Origin: Eledone cirrhosa
Lineage: Eukaryota
Reading direction: 5' to 3'
Assembly (NCBI GenBank): GCA_964016885.1
Contig: OZ024743.1
Span: 344,100,001-344,164,000, forward strand
Length of the DNA: 64,000 nucleotides
Part shown: positions 1-14,059 of the stretch, piece by piece
How positions within the stretch are numbered: the stretch's first letter is position 1
Layout: each line of letters begins with the position of its first letter
The notes under the pieces: model-generated
What the model was told of the DNA's origin: nothing
The model's database searches: none
The model's input: the letters and a program-made list of their open reading frames with translations, nothing else
Made by a program: the position numbers and the translations under genes

Positions 1-1540
1 CTATGTTATCCCCCTTGTTCGGATCCTTTCTCAACAGCGCCACCGCTCCTCGGCTCACAGAGCTGGGAATTCTCCCGTTATGTTTCCAGTTGCAGTAGAC
101 GTTCGCCAAGAGGCCTCCGAACAAGTCTGGCATCTGTACGTAAAGTTCATAGGGCAGACCATCGAAACCAGGCGATTTACCCCATGTGCAGCCATTCATT
201 GCCTCCCGTACTTCAGCGGCTGTTATCGGCTTTTCGCAACACTCCGCCTCAGTGTCCGAGAGCCGCGGCAGTCCGTCGAGGTAGACACTAAAGTCCATCC
301 CTCGACCCGCCCCACCGCTGCCCCCGAACAGCTGAGCGAAGTGTCGCTGAAAAGCTTCACACATTTGCCCGGGATCGAGTAGCATGCGCCCGTTGTGGTC
401 CACCAAAGACCGGATCGTGGCTTTGTTGCTACGACGCGCCTCCGCCACTCGGGCCCATTGAACGGCTTTCGTCCCCTCGTGTCTGAGAGTACGCACCCTA
501 GCTCTGACAACGCAGCCTTCGTGCTTTGCATTGAAGAATTGGTCAAGGGCCAATTTCGCCGCAAGTACGTCGGTCGCGATGCCTTTGCTTAGCGCCTCGT
601 CTAATTTTCTAACTAGTTCTCCCTCTGCTCTATTTTTCTCTATAGCTAAAGCCTTACTAAACCTAATGGACTCTATTCTAATCGCTTTTTTCAGAGCAAA
701 CCACCACTTGTTGTTGACGATGGCCCCCGTCAACGCCCGCTTAACTAGTTTGCTAATCCGGTCTCTGTAGGCCTTGCGCGCTGGTAAGGACGTGTTTAGC
801 TTCCAGTAGCCGGGTCTTCGTCTATGAAGCCTATCTAAGTCAAGCACACATATCACAAATTTGTGGTTCGTGTAGCTGACTATCTTGAATTGTGAGCAGC
901 CTATGCTAGACCTATCTATTTCCCTACAAAATACTCTATCTAGATATGATCTGGATGACCCTATGCGGTTTGTCCAAGTCCACATTGGCACATTCGGGAA
1001 TCCAATCGGTACCTGTCAGACAGTTCAAAACGCCTGAGCAGGTTGGTGAGGCTCTTGCACCCTCCTCCCCTATCCGCTAATCCCACACAGTCCCAGCGTT
1101 CATCTAAGATCCTGTTCCAGTCGCCCACTAACGCTAAAGAGCGGGACGTTCCAAGAAAGGTCTCCAGACGCCGGAAGAAATCAGGCCGCCCTGCTCCTGT
1201 CGGGGCATAGACGGCCACTAGCCTGAAAGCTTGCCCGTTCAGCTGGTCACGTCCAGCACCACTAACTTACCTTCTGGGTCCAGGAGGATGGGCCGTATGG
1301 CGAGATCCAAACCTCTCCGAAAAAGCACAACAACTCCTCCCACGATCCAGGACGGCTGGGAGATGCGTACACATCGTAGCCGCTAAAGATCGGTGCGAAG
1401 GCCCGTGCTTCGGAGATTCTGGTCTCGCTGATGGCCACTACATCTATGTTTAGTGACCTGAGGTCGTGGAGCAGGTGACCCTGCTTCCATGACGACCCCA
1501 AGCCACGCGCATTTATGCTGCCTATTCTGAATGAGGTCAT
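1..1540 (-). pseudogene. ORF2 (APE endonuclease plus start of reverse transcriptase), frameshifted
   Basis: MTSFRIGSINARGL...DVVAISETR (APE N-terminus), VYAP, VGDWN; near 1-200 the minus strand reads GKSPGFDGLPYELY...GRIPSSVSRGAVALLRK (RT domain 0/1). Split over several frames. Confidence 0.85.
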
Positions 1541-1574
1541 GTTGAAATGGAGTGGAAAAGATGGGAAAGACCAC

Positions 1575-3528
1575 TTACCTTACTTCTCGTAGAGGAAGGA
1601 TGGTTTCTCCATCCTTTTCACTGCTTGTGGCCTCCTCCGGAAGGATATCCTTATAAATCCTCCTGGAGAGTGCTTGTCGGAATTCTCCGATGTCTTTGGG
1701 GAATTTTTGTTTTAGTGTCGTGTACGTTTTCTGTGTGATGCGAGTGATTTGTATGTGTGGAGGTGGTGTGAACTTTTGTGTTGTTGTGTAGTCTTTTTCT
1801 GTGATGCTGGTGTTGTGTTGGATGTAGTGTAATAATTGGTTGTTGTTCAAATTTAATGCTGTGTAGTGTGTATCGTTTTGGTTGTTTTGTTTTGTTTGCG
1901 TTTGTTGTGGGTTTGTTTCTGTTTCGCTTTTTGGTGACTATTGTGGTGTTGGTGATGGTGTTGTTGGGGTTAATGATGGTGATGATGTTGGTGTTTGTGG
2001 TGATGGGGTTGGTGATGCTGGTGTGGATGGTGGCATGGCTGTCCTAACTTTTTTGTTTGATAGTTTATTTGTTTCCCTCTGTATTTTGTTTTTGGTGGGG
2101 GAAGGAAGAGGATTTTTTCTTTTTTGGCTTCTTTTTCTTTTTTTCTTTTTTTCCTGATACCGTTTCCCACTCCTCGTCGTCACAATCTGTCTCCAGTTGC
2201 GGTAGGTCGGGGAGTGGAAAATCCTCCACAGGCGTTGGTTTTGGTTGTGGCGTGGTGGATAGTGTAGGCACTGTTGCTAGTTCTGGCTTGATGGGTGGTG
2301 GTGGTGTTGGTTTTGCTACTGTTGCTGGGGTTGTAGCTGTTACAGTTGCTTTTGTTGTTGCTGCTACAGTTGTTGCTGCCATTTCTGCTGCTGGTGGTGT
2401 TGATGGTTGAGTCACTGGGGTGGGTAAGAGAGGTGGCCTCAACCTTTTAGCCTGAGGGCAGAAAGCCCTTAGGTGGGTTCCTTCACCACAAACGACACAC
2501 CTAGGCCTTCTTCCCTCGACGATTACGTTGAGGTGACTTGCTTCACTGAGGTCTATTACCTCTGGGATCTCATAAATGATTTTTTGGTCCGCTTGGATCA
2601 GGAGCTCCATCCCAGATCCGGACCAGTTCTCCTGCTTTTCTTTGGATATTTCGAGTTGGCCTCGATGCCGGTGAGGACGGCAGCCATTAGCCAGGGAATA
2701 TCGATGGCCGGTGGAACGTGGGTCACCCTGATCTCCACGAGTCTCTGGCCACAATAGCTTGGGACGAGTGTGAAGTCGTCACTTCTTAATGGGGCCATGG
2801 AGTGTTCTCTGGCCTCCTGTGATGTTCCAAAGAACACGTCCACGGTTGCATATTTCTGCCCACGTCTGATGTTTGTTTTTTTTGCCCACAAATGTCCCAA
2901 AGCTTTTTGGATTTGGGACTCGGATGGTCGTTCCACTCGGCGCAATTTTATGTTAATCGTCCGATAAGACGCGGTGCATAGGCGCCGATGCTCCATTTTA
3001 TTAGGTGTGTGTGTGTGTGGGGGGGGGGGGGAAGTGTGAGGCTGACCCTGTACCCATCTTTCTTTACCGTTCTCTTGGCTTCATCTAATTCCTCCTGAGT
3101 TACGTGGATTGCTTCGCACTTTTTTGCTACTCTGGCAAAAGACAGGGTGGTTTTCTTATTCTCATTGTTGTTGTTGCTGTTGTTGTTATCGTTATTTTTG
3201 TTATTGTTATTTTTAGTTTCAGTTGTGGTGGTGGATGCGTCAGTGGTGTTCAGTGTGGAAGAGTCCATTCTGGGTGAATCCATTTCGATGTCACGAGATA
3301 ATTTATTTTTTTTTCTTTTGTTTCTGTTGTTGCTGTGGTGGTGGTGGGAGTGGCAGCTTCAACACCTGCAGTCATTGGTAATGGCGGGAAATGAATGTCT
3401 GCTTGAGACAAATTAAAATTATTGCTACTGCTTATATTTTTAGTGTTGGTAAACGTAGTAATATTTACAATGGTGGTGTCGGTGTGAGGTGTTAGTTTGT
3501 GAGGAAGGTGTGGCTGTGAGTCGTCCAT
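1575..3528 (-). pseudogene. ORF1 (gag-like nucleic-acid-binding protein) with CCHC zinc knuckle, frameshifted
   Basis: CVVCGEGTHLRAFC (CX2CX4HX4C) at 2458-2499; SFARVAK and EWETVSGKK motifs typical of Tx1 ORF1; Thr/Pro-rich linkers. Confidence 0.75.
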
Positions 3529-3744
3529 GATTTTTCAATAAATTTTTTTATTTGATAATTATAAAAGTTTAAATTTTGTGCTCAAGGCCCCAATCTTTTT
3601 GAGTGTCCTTTTCCGAAAGCAAATTTTGTGACCTTTTAAATAGTTAACAACAAAAATTTTCCATAATGGCAATTTTAAACAAACGAAAACAACAAACCTT
3701 TGCGGAGCTCACGATGGTACGATTTCCTACGCAGGTCGCCAATG

Positions 3745-4822
3745 ATAATAATAATAATGCTTTCTTATATAGGCACAAGGTCAGCAATTACTCAGTGCAT
3801 TACTGGTACTTTATTTTATCGACCCCATAAGGCAAAGTCAACCTCGGTGGGATTTGAACTCAAACCGTAAAGGGACGTAACTATGCTGGAAAGCATGGCG
3901 TCCGACACTGCCAATAATAATAATAATGAAGAAGAAGAAGAAGAAAGAAAGAAAGAAGGAAGAAAAAGAAGAAGAAAGAAAGAAGGAAGAAGGATAAGAA
4001 GAAGATGACAATGTGGATTGATACTTTATTACATCGACCCAAAGAAGAAGAAACGCAAAGTACAAAGTTGACTTCAATGGGAAACTAGAAAACCAGGTGA
4101 GGAGAAAAACGGGAAAAAGACTTTTGGAGAGAATGATGAGGGAGAGAAATAATTGTTTTTACTTCTGGTACCAAGGCCAGCATTATCCAGTGTATTACTG
4201 GTACTTTATTTTATCGACCCCGTAAGGATGAAAGGCAAAGCTAACATTGGGCGGATTTGAACCCCAGTACGTAAAGGGCCATAACTCTATGCTGCAAAGC
4301 ATGGCGTCAGGCGCTCTATCGATACTGCACACCACGACTACCAATCCACCACCCAACGTCATCGATAATAATTGTTTCTACTTCTGGTACAAGGCCAGCA
4401 ATTATCCAGTGTATTACTGGTACTTTATTTTATCGACCCCGTAAGGATGAAAAGGCAAAGTTAACCTCGGCGGGATTTGAACTCGGACCCTAAAGGACCG
4501 TAACTTTTTGCTGCAAAGCATGGCGTCCGACCCTCTACCGACTGCCAATCATGGGGGAGGGAAATAATGAATATTAAAAAGAAACAAATCAAGAGACATC
4601 ACGGAAAAAGATAAACGGTACAAACCTTTTGGAAATAATTGTTTCTACTTTGGCACAAGGCCAGCAATTACCCAGTGCATTACTGGTACTTTATTTTATC
4701 GACCCCGTAAGGATTGAAAGGCAAAGTTAACCTCGGCGGGATTTAAAACTCAGATTGGAAAAGGGCCGTAACTCTATGCGTCAAAGCATGGCGTCCGACC
4801 CTCTACCGATACTGCCAATCCA
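3745..4822 (-). mobile_element. Cluster of four tRNA-derived SINE copies (~3745-3915, 4148-4352, 4366-4550, 4635-4822)
   Basis: Each is the reverse complement of the ~190 bp unit with A box TGGCAGTATCGGTAG, B box GAGTTCAAATCCC, core GGGGTCGATAAAATAAAGTACCAGT and an (ATT)n tail. Confidence 0.9.
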
Positions 4823-4849
4823 ATGACAAATGTATAGAGGAAAATATTT

Positions 4850-5065
4850 TATGTCTCATATACCCACTCCCATATACAAATGTGAGTGTGTGTGTGTATA
4901 TATATAGTGTATATATATATATTATATATACATATATATGTATGTGTATATATATATATATTTATATATGTATATATATATATATATATATGTATATATG
5001 TGTGTGTGTGCTTGTGTGTGTGTGTGTGTTTATATATATATAAATACACACACACACACACACAC

Positions 5066-5108
<43 letters not shown>

Positions 5109-5245
5109 CTATATATATATATGTATATATAATATAGTATATGTATATATAGATATATATATTATAATATATATATATATATATGATATATATATATAAT
5201 ATATATCTATATATATATATATTATATATATATATATATATAACA

Positions 5246-5277
<32 letters not shown>

Positions 5278-5571
5278 CTATGTATATATATATACTATAC
5301 TATAATATGATAATATATGTAAGATATATATATAGTACTATATATATATATAGTAATATATANNNNNNNNNNNNNNNNNNNNNNNNNNNNNNNNNNNNNN
5401 NNNNNNNNNNNNNNNNNNNNNNNNNNNNNNNNNNNNNNNNNNNNNNNNNNNNNNNNNNNNNNNNNNNNNNNNNNNNNNNNNNNNNNNNNNNNNNNNNNNN
5501 NNNNNNNNNNNNNNNNNNNNNNNNNNNNNNNNNNNNNNNNNNNNNNNNNNNNNNNNNNNNNNAGAGAGAAA

Positions 5572-5610
<39 letters not shown>

Positions 5611-5766
5611 TGAGAGAGAGAGAGTGGAGAGAGAGAGAGAGAGAGAGAGTGTGTGGGAATGAGAGCGCGAGAGATAGATAGAGACATGAGAGAGGAAGAG
5701 ATAAATAGATGGATAGTGATAGAGAGATAAAGATAGAAAGATAGAGAGCGAGATATAGAGATAGAG

Positions 5767-5798
<32 letters not shown>

Positions 5799-5860
5799 GT
5801 AGATAGATAGATAGAGAGAGAGAGATAAATAGATAGAGAGAGAGAGAGGGAGAGTGAGAG
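4850..5860. repeat. (TA)n, (CA)n, (GA)n and (GATA)n microsatellites around a 200-N assembly gap (5363-5562)
   Basis: Seen directly. Confidence 0.95.
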
Positions 5861-6010
5861 AGAATCATAGTGCCCCAACCTGGCAATTAGCAGTAATCAT
5901 GCCAGATGTAGAAAAATCATGATTATTCCTCTGGAAATATTCCAAAATTAAATTAGATTTTATCAAAGAGAAGAAATTAAACCTTGCTGTGATTACAAAT
6001 TGACCCTGCA

Positions 6011-6069
<59 letters not shown>

Positions 6070-6249
6070 ACCCTGCATCACATCTATTTCACCTCTACCA
6101 CGCCTTCACACCACCACCCCCCCTTACATACCACCATACACTTTCACTTACCTCTCGCCGTAGACCTATCTGTCTTTCTCTCCCTCCCTCCCTCATGTCA
6201 CCAATCCTCACACATATATATGCCTTATTATCATCATCATCGACATCAC

Positions 6250-7455
6250 CTCACCACCACCACCACCACCACTGCTGTCATCACCGTCACCACCACCACT
6301 CACCACCACCACCACCACCACTGCTGTCATCACCGTCACCACCACCACTCACCACCACCACCACCACCACCACCATCATCACACCCACCACCACCTCCAC
6401 CACCACTACTGTCATCACCGTCACCACCACCACCACCACCACCACCACTACTGTCATCACCGTCACCACCACCACCACCACCACCAACACCACCACCACC
6501 ACCACCACCACTACTGTCATCACCGTCACCACCACCACCACCACCACCACTCACCACCACCACCACCACCACCACCACCACCACTACTGTCATCACCGTC
6601 ACCACCACCACCACCACCACCACCACCACCACTACTGTCATCACCGTCACCACCACCACCACCACCACCACCACTACTGTCATCACCGTCACCACCACCA
6701 CCACCACCACCACTCACCACCACCACCACCACCACCACCACCACCACTACTGTCATCACCGTCACCACCACCACACCACCACCACCACCACCACCACCAC
6801 CACCACCACCACCACTACTGTCATCACCGTCACCACCACCACCACCACCACCACCACCACCACTACTGTCATCACCGTCACCACCACCACCACCACCACC
6901 ACCACCACCACCACCACCACCACCACTACTGTCATCACCGTCACCACCACCACCACCACCACCACTCACCACCACCACCACCACCACACCACCACCACCA
7001 CTACTGTCATCACCGTCACCACCACCACCACCACCACCACCACCACCACTACTGTCATCACCGTCACCACCACCACCACCACCACCACCACCACCACCAC
7101 TACTGTCATCACCGTCACCACCACCACCACCACCACCACTCACCACCACCACCACCACCACACCACCACCACTACTGTCATCACCGTCACCACCACCACC
7201 ACCACCACCACCACCACCACCACCACTACTGTCATCACCGTCACCACCACCACCACCACCACCACCACCACCACCACTACTGTCATCACCGTCACCACCA
7301 CCACCACCACCACCACTCACCACCACCACCACCACCACCACCACCACTACTGTCATCACCGTCACCACCACCACCACCACCACCACTCACCACCACCACC
7401 ACCACCACCACCACCACTACTGTCATCACCGTCACCACCACCACCACCACCACCG
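6250..7455. repeat. Compound minisatellite: (CAC)n tracts punctuated by TACTGTCATCACCGT
   Basis: The same 15-mer recurs more than 20 times, separated by variable-length CAC runs. Confidence 0.95.
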
Positions 7456-7779
7456 CAAGCATTATCACAACCATCATCATCACGATCATCATCATCGCCA
7501 CGATCATTATTATCAAAATCCCGCCGAGGTTTACTTTGCCTTTCATCCTTACGGGGTCGATAAAATAAAGTACCAGTAATACACTGGGTAATTGCTGGCC
7601 TTGTGCCAAAAGTAGAAACAATTATTATCATTATCTTAGTCCCTACCATCACCGCATCATCATCATCATCATCAGTATCATCATCAATATTACTTTCACC
7701 ATCGCCATTGCTGCTATCAACACCATCATCACCATTGTGTCGTGTTTATATGAATTTTACTAAAATAATTGCCTGTGCG

Positions 7780-7975
7780 CGTGTTTGTGTGTTTGTGTGT
7801 TTGTGTGTGTTTGTGTGTTTGTGTGTGTTTGTGTGTTTGTGTGTGTTTGTGTGTTTGCGTGTGTTTGTGTGTTTGTGTGTGTTTGTGTGTTTGCGTGTGT
7901 TTGTGTGTTTGTGTGTGTTTGTGTGTTTGTGTGTGTTTGTGTGTTTGTGTGTGTTTGTGTGTGTTTGTGTGTTTG
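7780..7975. repeat. 18-bp GT-rich tandem repeat (GTGTTTGTGTGTTTGTGT)
   Basis: Seen directly. Confidence 0.9.
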
Positions 7976-8561
7976 TGCACGTCTATGTCTGTTTGTGCAT
8001 GTTTGTATATGTTTTTATGTGTATGTGTTTGTATGAATGTTTTTAGTGTGTCTGATAGTGTGTGAGTATGTGAGACATGTCTTGAAAATCAGGGACCAAG
8101 GATCTGAGCACCCTTATCTAACATGCACCATCGTTGATAAGGCCACTCCATAGATCAATGGAACATGAGGGTGGAGGCTTTGTCTAGCGTTCCAAATCCT
8201 TCTATTCTTTTATAGTTTGATTTGTTTCAGATTTAGACTGCAGCCATTTGCACCGGTATGACGGGATTTCACCGATCTTTTCGAGATACTAAGGCAGTTA
8301 AAAGGAGGTTAGATATATTTTTAAACTATCGTTACCAGAGGTTTATTCTTGATAGCTTCCAGACGTTCGAAAGTTCAAGGGTCACGACACAAATTCATAG
8401 AGTTATTTTCTTTACTATAGTTGTTCAGTCATTTTAGGTCTGCAACAAATCCGATCACGTGGCCTGCGTTGACTAATGGGAATCATAGTGCTATGTGGAC
8501 ATAACTTCATTCGTGAACTTATCTGTTTGAGACCTATCACACGTGCATCTTCCCCCACCAC

Positions 8562-8603
<42 letters not shown>

Positions 8604-8655
8604 GTTGGTGTACACAAAAGCCGAAACCGCATGGTGCCATGGTTGGGATTTTGCA

Positions 8656-8769
<114 letters not shown>

Positions 8770-8778
8770 TGTGCAAAA

Positions 8779-8837
8779 TCCCAACCGTGGGCGCCATGCG
8801 GTTTCGGCTTTTGTGTACACCAAGCCTTTTCAAGGGA
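8779..8837 (-). ncRNA. Type I hammerhead ribozyme motif, U3:A8 core variant
   Basis: UCCC UUGAAAA GGCUU-(11 nt)-AAGCC GAAA CCG-(caUGGCGCCca)-CGG UU GGGA: stems I, II and III all pair; cleavage triplet is GUU. Confidence 0.65.
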
Positions 8838-9081
8838 GTAGTCATATATATATATATACATATACATATACATATCTATATATATAAGTGTGTATGTGTG
8901 TATGTATGTGTCTGTGTCTATGTCTGTGTCCCTGTGTATGTGTTCGTATGTTTGTGTCACTTGGTTTACGACCACCACATGATATTTCTTCTGAGGTTAT
9001 TCTTTCTCTTACCCTCCATCAGCGGCGAAGACCTTACATATATACCTCCACATACACACACATATACAAGCACACACACAG

Positions 9082-9127
<46 letters not shown>

Positions 9128-9584
9128 ATAACACCATCAACCCCCCTCCATATTCCATGTTTAATATATTTTAAATATTTCAAATTTCAGCTATTTTTTA
9201 TATCCCTTTACTAGAATTAATCATTCAGAAAATGAGGGTGAATTTTGAAAATAAAATAGGAGCTTTGTGCTTACTACATAAAACATGCTATCCTCCACTT
9301 CTATATTAAGGAGACAATCTTGCACGAAACGCGCTCTATTTATACTTTGTATAGAACGGTCATATGGCCAACCAGTGAAATCATTTCGTCGCGAATGTTG
9401 TGCACTTTCTTATCCAATAAAAATTTCTCTTGAAGTTCAAATATTTCTAATATATGTCGATAAATTATTTTCACGTGTTCCTGCTTACATTATCAGCCGA
9501 AGATAGGGAATGAGAAATTTATAAAGTTTCATTTTCTAATAAATCATACTGTACGTACATACACACATATATTATATATTATAT

Positions 9585-9963
9585 ATCGGTAGAGGGTCGG
9601 ACACTATGCTTTGACGCATTGAGTTACGAGCCTTGCCATTCTGAGTTCAAATCCCGCCGAGGTTAACTTTGCCTTTCATCCTTACGGGGTCGATAAAATA
9701 AAGTACCAGTATTACACTGGGTATTTGCTGGCCTTGTGCCTAAAGTAGAAACAATTATATATTATATATATATAAGGCCGATGGGTTGGCAGTCTCGGTA
9801 GAGGTCGGACGCCATGCTTTGACGTATAGAGTTACGGCCCTTGTCATTCTGAGTTCAAATTCCACCGAGGTTAACTTTGCCTTTCATCCTTACGGGGTCG
9901 ATAAAATAAAGTACCAGTAATACACTGGTTAATTGCTGGCCTTGTGCCAAAACTAGAACAATT
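9585..9963 (+). mobile_element. Two tandem tRNA-derived SINE copies
   Basis: Match to the SINE unit at ~9585-9757 and ~9775-9963. A 3' half copy also lies at ~7515-7628. Confidence 0.9.
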
Positions 9964-9964
9964 A

Positions 9965-10172
9965 CAGGGTGTTTCAAAAAATTTGATATCAGTGGCCGGT
10001 TCCCAAGGTTGTCACATTGAAATATATATTGTGAATTAATGTTATAACGTGGACATGTTTGAGGAATAAATCTTGTGTTACTCAACATGGAGCCTGCTTA
10101 GTCTCGTTGTCCTAGACCTTGTAGTTTCTGGGATATTTACACCTCAAATGATATTAAATTTTTTGAAACACC

Positions 10173-10175
<3 letters not shown>
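9965..10175. mobile_element. Tc1/mariner-type MITE (211 bp)
   Basis: 27-bp terminal inverted repeat CAGGGTGTTTCAAAAAATTT(G/A)ATATCA with one mismatch; TA on both flanks. Confidence 0.85.
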
Positions 10176-10209
<34 letters not shown>

Positions 10210-10241
10210 TATATTGCCAACTTGACTGTCACCACTGAATA

Positions 10242-10280
10242 TGAACCTGACGATTGCGAAAGCATGAAAGTATTTGTTCA
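10242..10280 (+). ncRNA. Minimal type I hammerhead motif (degenerate cleavage site)
   Basis: UGAAC CUGACGA U-UGC-GAAA-GCA-U GAAA GUAU UU GUUCA; 5-bp stem I, near-palindromic stem III. Confidence 0.55.
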
Positions 10281-10431
10281 ATTAACATTTAGCATTTAAT
10301 ATTCTACCATACTATTTCATTATAACATCATTATAATTTTAAAGGATTGTAAATAAAACGAGTAAATCAGACAAAGTTGGAATTCCTTTTATTAATACAA
10401 TCTTCTATACACAATCATACACACCCGTGTA

Positions 10432-10478
<47 letters not shown>

Positions 10479-10482
<4 letters not shown>

Positions 10483-10621
10483 AGATTCAGGACCCTGACG
10501 ACTGAGCTCGACCGGAGCTCAGCCGTCGGGGTCTTGAATTTTTTCATATTACACACTCTACTACCCCAAGTATCGACTACTCTGGTGGGTTATGATCTAC
10601 CTGGTATTTTACCACACCCTT

Positions 10622-10627
<6 letters not shown>
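10479..10627 (+). mobile_element. Short fold-back element plus ~80 bp tail in (TA)n; same family as 28785, 30276, 41521
   Basis: Hairpin 10479-10546 containing GAGCTCAGCCGTCGGGGTC, followed by tail ATTACACACTCTACTACCCCAAGTATCG... Confidence 0.7.
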
Positions 10628-10694
<67 letters not shown>

Positions 10695-11567
10695 TGTGTC
10701 TGGTCCAAATACTACAACTCTGAAATCTGTTCAGGAAATCCAAAGGCCAGCTGGAATTTGAAATCTGAATGAAAGAACCTTAACAAAAACTGCTAGGCAT
10801 CTCGACTGGTGCTCTAAAAACTTTGTCAAATCACTGCTCTGACTGGTATTTTATTTATGTATAAAAGGCAAAGGTTTCATCTGTAGGTTTTGAACTCACG
10901 TTGAAGAATGCTGGAAGTCATCTCACTTGGCATTTTGTCCAACCTAACGGTACTGCAAATTAGGCGCCAAACCTGATGGGTGAAGCTGTAATATACGTTT
11001 TGGGACGGGGTGTCAGTACAGAGTGTCGATGTAAAGAACGTTGGGGTAGTTGATGATTTAAGTTTGTAAATTGGTATACTGAGGATTTAATCTTTATGAA
11101 AAATGACGGCTGTAGCTGTTGGTGTGAGGGTATAGAATGCATAGTATAAAATTATGGGTCTTAGGTGCTGGTTACTATGTTAATAGTAGGATACAGGATG
11201 CTGAGTAGAAATGGAGGAGGTTGTCAGGAATTTTATCTGTGTGTTTTAGTATAGAATATCTGATGTCTGATGTCGGGGTTATAAAGAACTGGAGTTGTCA
11301 GTTGCTGGTTGGTTTGTTAAGGATAGAAAATAATGGGTGGACGTCTGCCGGGAACACAGTTCAAATGTGCTGGGAGTAAGGTACCGCATTTATAAATGGG
11401 TGGAACACACCCGGAATATGATCTGATTTGGAATATGTTGCTATTGGTTTTGAAATTTATGACGTTAAGTATTGTTTTCATCGTGTATTGTTACATACAC
11501 ACATAGATGCATATATTTATATACATATGCATACATACACACTCATATATAATTATATACGAATATT

Positions 11568-11650
<83 letters not shown>

Positions 11651-11667
11651 GTCTATCTATCTGTTTG

Positions 11668-11754
<87 letters not shown>

Positions 11755-12038
11755 ATTTATCTATGTCTATATGTCTGTCTATGTGTATGTATGTTTTTTA
11801 GTCTACCTATATAACAGCGTTGGTGTTTATGTGCATGTATATATATATATATATGTACATATGTGTGTGTGTATGTGTGTATGTGAGTGTGAGAACATGG
11901 GTTATTATACAACATTTGAAAATATATAACATGGGCGTATCCTTGAATATAAAAATGTATGTGATATGTATACGTTAGCAAACATATATATGTGTTTTCA
12001 TAAGTGTACCATCATACAAATAGAGACACACACACACT

Positions 12039-12205
<167 letters not shown>

Positions 12206-12390
12206 ATATGTGTGTGCACGCTTGTACACACATGCATAATATTCATAAGTACACCCACGCACATATTCTAACCTCAACATATACGCAATGCAGATGAATG
12301 TAATTATATGAAATATATACATGAAATGTATATACCCATCTACATACAGGAGAGGATTATATATATGTATATATATATACACACATACAT

Positions 12391-12445
<55 letters not shown>

Positions 12446-12450
12446 TATAC

Positions 12451-12571
<121 letters not shown>

Positions 12572-12660
12572 AACTTATGTATTATGATTGATGAGATCTA
12601 CTTCATATAAACCTCATTAAATTTAGATATTATCCGATGTTCTACCCACTCTTTTCTTTC

Positions 12661-12736
<76 letters not shown>

Positions 12737-12741
12737 ATATG

Positions 12742-12778
<37 letters not shown>

Positions 12779-12780
<2 letters not shown>

Positions 12781-12863
12781 CGGAAGAAATGTGGTAAGGA
12801 ACCAGGTAGACCATAACGCACCAAAGTACTCAATACTTAGGGTAGTAGAGTGGGTAATAGGAA
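12779..12863 (-). repeat. Tail-only copy of the fold-back family
   Basis: GTGGTAAGGAACCAG...TACTTAGGGTAGTAGAGTGGGTAATAGG; inverted partner at 13821-13907; further copies at 41627-41708 and 56884-56970. Confidence 0.8.
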
Positions 12864-12886
12864 CGAGTAGGACCCCGATATGTATG

Positions 12887-12956
<70 letters not shown>

Positions 12957-13188
12957 CGTGTGTCGAAACAAATATTGTTATACTTGGGGAGGGTCACAGT
13001 GTTGTAATAATATTGCCAGAAATAATAACAGAACACACTCACTGTTTGGTTGGTTTTCGCTTCTGTATTTTCACAGTATTTCGCTTCTGTTTCTCCATAG
13101 TTAATTTATTTGGCAATAAATATTTATCATTGATTGACGAACGGTTAAAAATACAGAAATACAGATATAAATATATATATATAGTCTA

Positions 13189-13228
13189 TCAAAGTTCTTT
13201 CGTTGCACATCTGCAACATCATCAGTGG
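13189..13228 (-). ncRNA. Minimal hammerhead motif (sibling copy at 56033-56073, + strand)
   Basis: CUGAUGA U GUUGCA-GAUG-UGCAAC GAAA GAAC UU UG; perfect 6-bp stem II, weak stem I. Confidence 0.55.
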
Positions 13229-13308
13229 CATCAGTGGTACTATTACGTTTTCTCCCATTGTATTGTATTGTACTGTAATGTCTACGCCATTTAATAAAAA
13301 TGGCGTAT

Positions 13309-13369
<61 letters not shown>

Positions 13370-13452
13370 TAAATACATAACGTACCAACGTCTGTCTGAA
13401 GTGCAAGATAACATGCCGGCGTTAGGCTGTTCATGTGTTATGTATATATAAA

Positions 13453-13595
<143 letters not shown>

Positions 13596-13773
13596 GCAAA
13601 CATCACGGACGTTCTATCTCAAAATTACTTTTGAAAAGCATTAGAAATGCGCAACCGGTAAAAAATTTAAAACCAAAACTGAAGACTAACCAATACTATT
13701 ACTAATTCTCACTTATTCTTAATTAAACTATTTTTCACTGTGAACAATTTGTCACCATTTTCTTTCCCGTTTA

Positions 13774-13818
<45 letters not shown>

Positions 13819-13905
13819 CCATTCCTATTACCCACTCTACTACCCTAAGTATTGAGTACTTTGGTGCGTTATGGTCCATCTGGTTCCTTACCACATTTCC
13901 TTCGT

Positions 13906-13936
<31 letters not shown>

Positions 13937-14059
13937 TATATATTGTTGATAACGATCTCCTTCAAAGGGTTTGTGTCTTAGATAATTAGCTCGCAACTCA
14001 CCAGGTGCCGCTCTTGTCCCTTCTACTCCAGGCACGTTGATGACATATGGTCATTTTAT

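Larger units (their letters stand above)
1..3740 (-). mobile_element. L1/Tx1-clade non-LTR retrotransposon (5' part; runs off the window start)
   Basis: ORF1 fragments with a zinc knuckle, followed by an APE endonuclease and the start of an RT domain, all on the minus strand. The 5' end is placed near 3740 (GGCGACCTGCGTAGG...GAGCTC), where it abuts an (ATT)n run. Confidence 0.85.

Noticed and set aside
6000-7568. 522 aa and 498 aa His/Thr/Pro-rich ORFs; regularly spaced 15-mer resembling a CRISPR array
   Set aside because: (CAC)n minisatellite lacks stop codons. The spacers are CAC runs rather than unique sequence, there are no cas genes, and the context is eukaryotic.
10960-11430. Possible PLE/LINE coding remnant (also 8250-8340, 18680-18990, 21180-21520)
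   Set aside because: Only vague motif resemblance with many stops; cannot be supported without a search.
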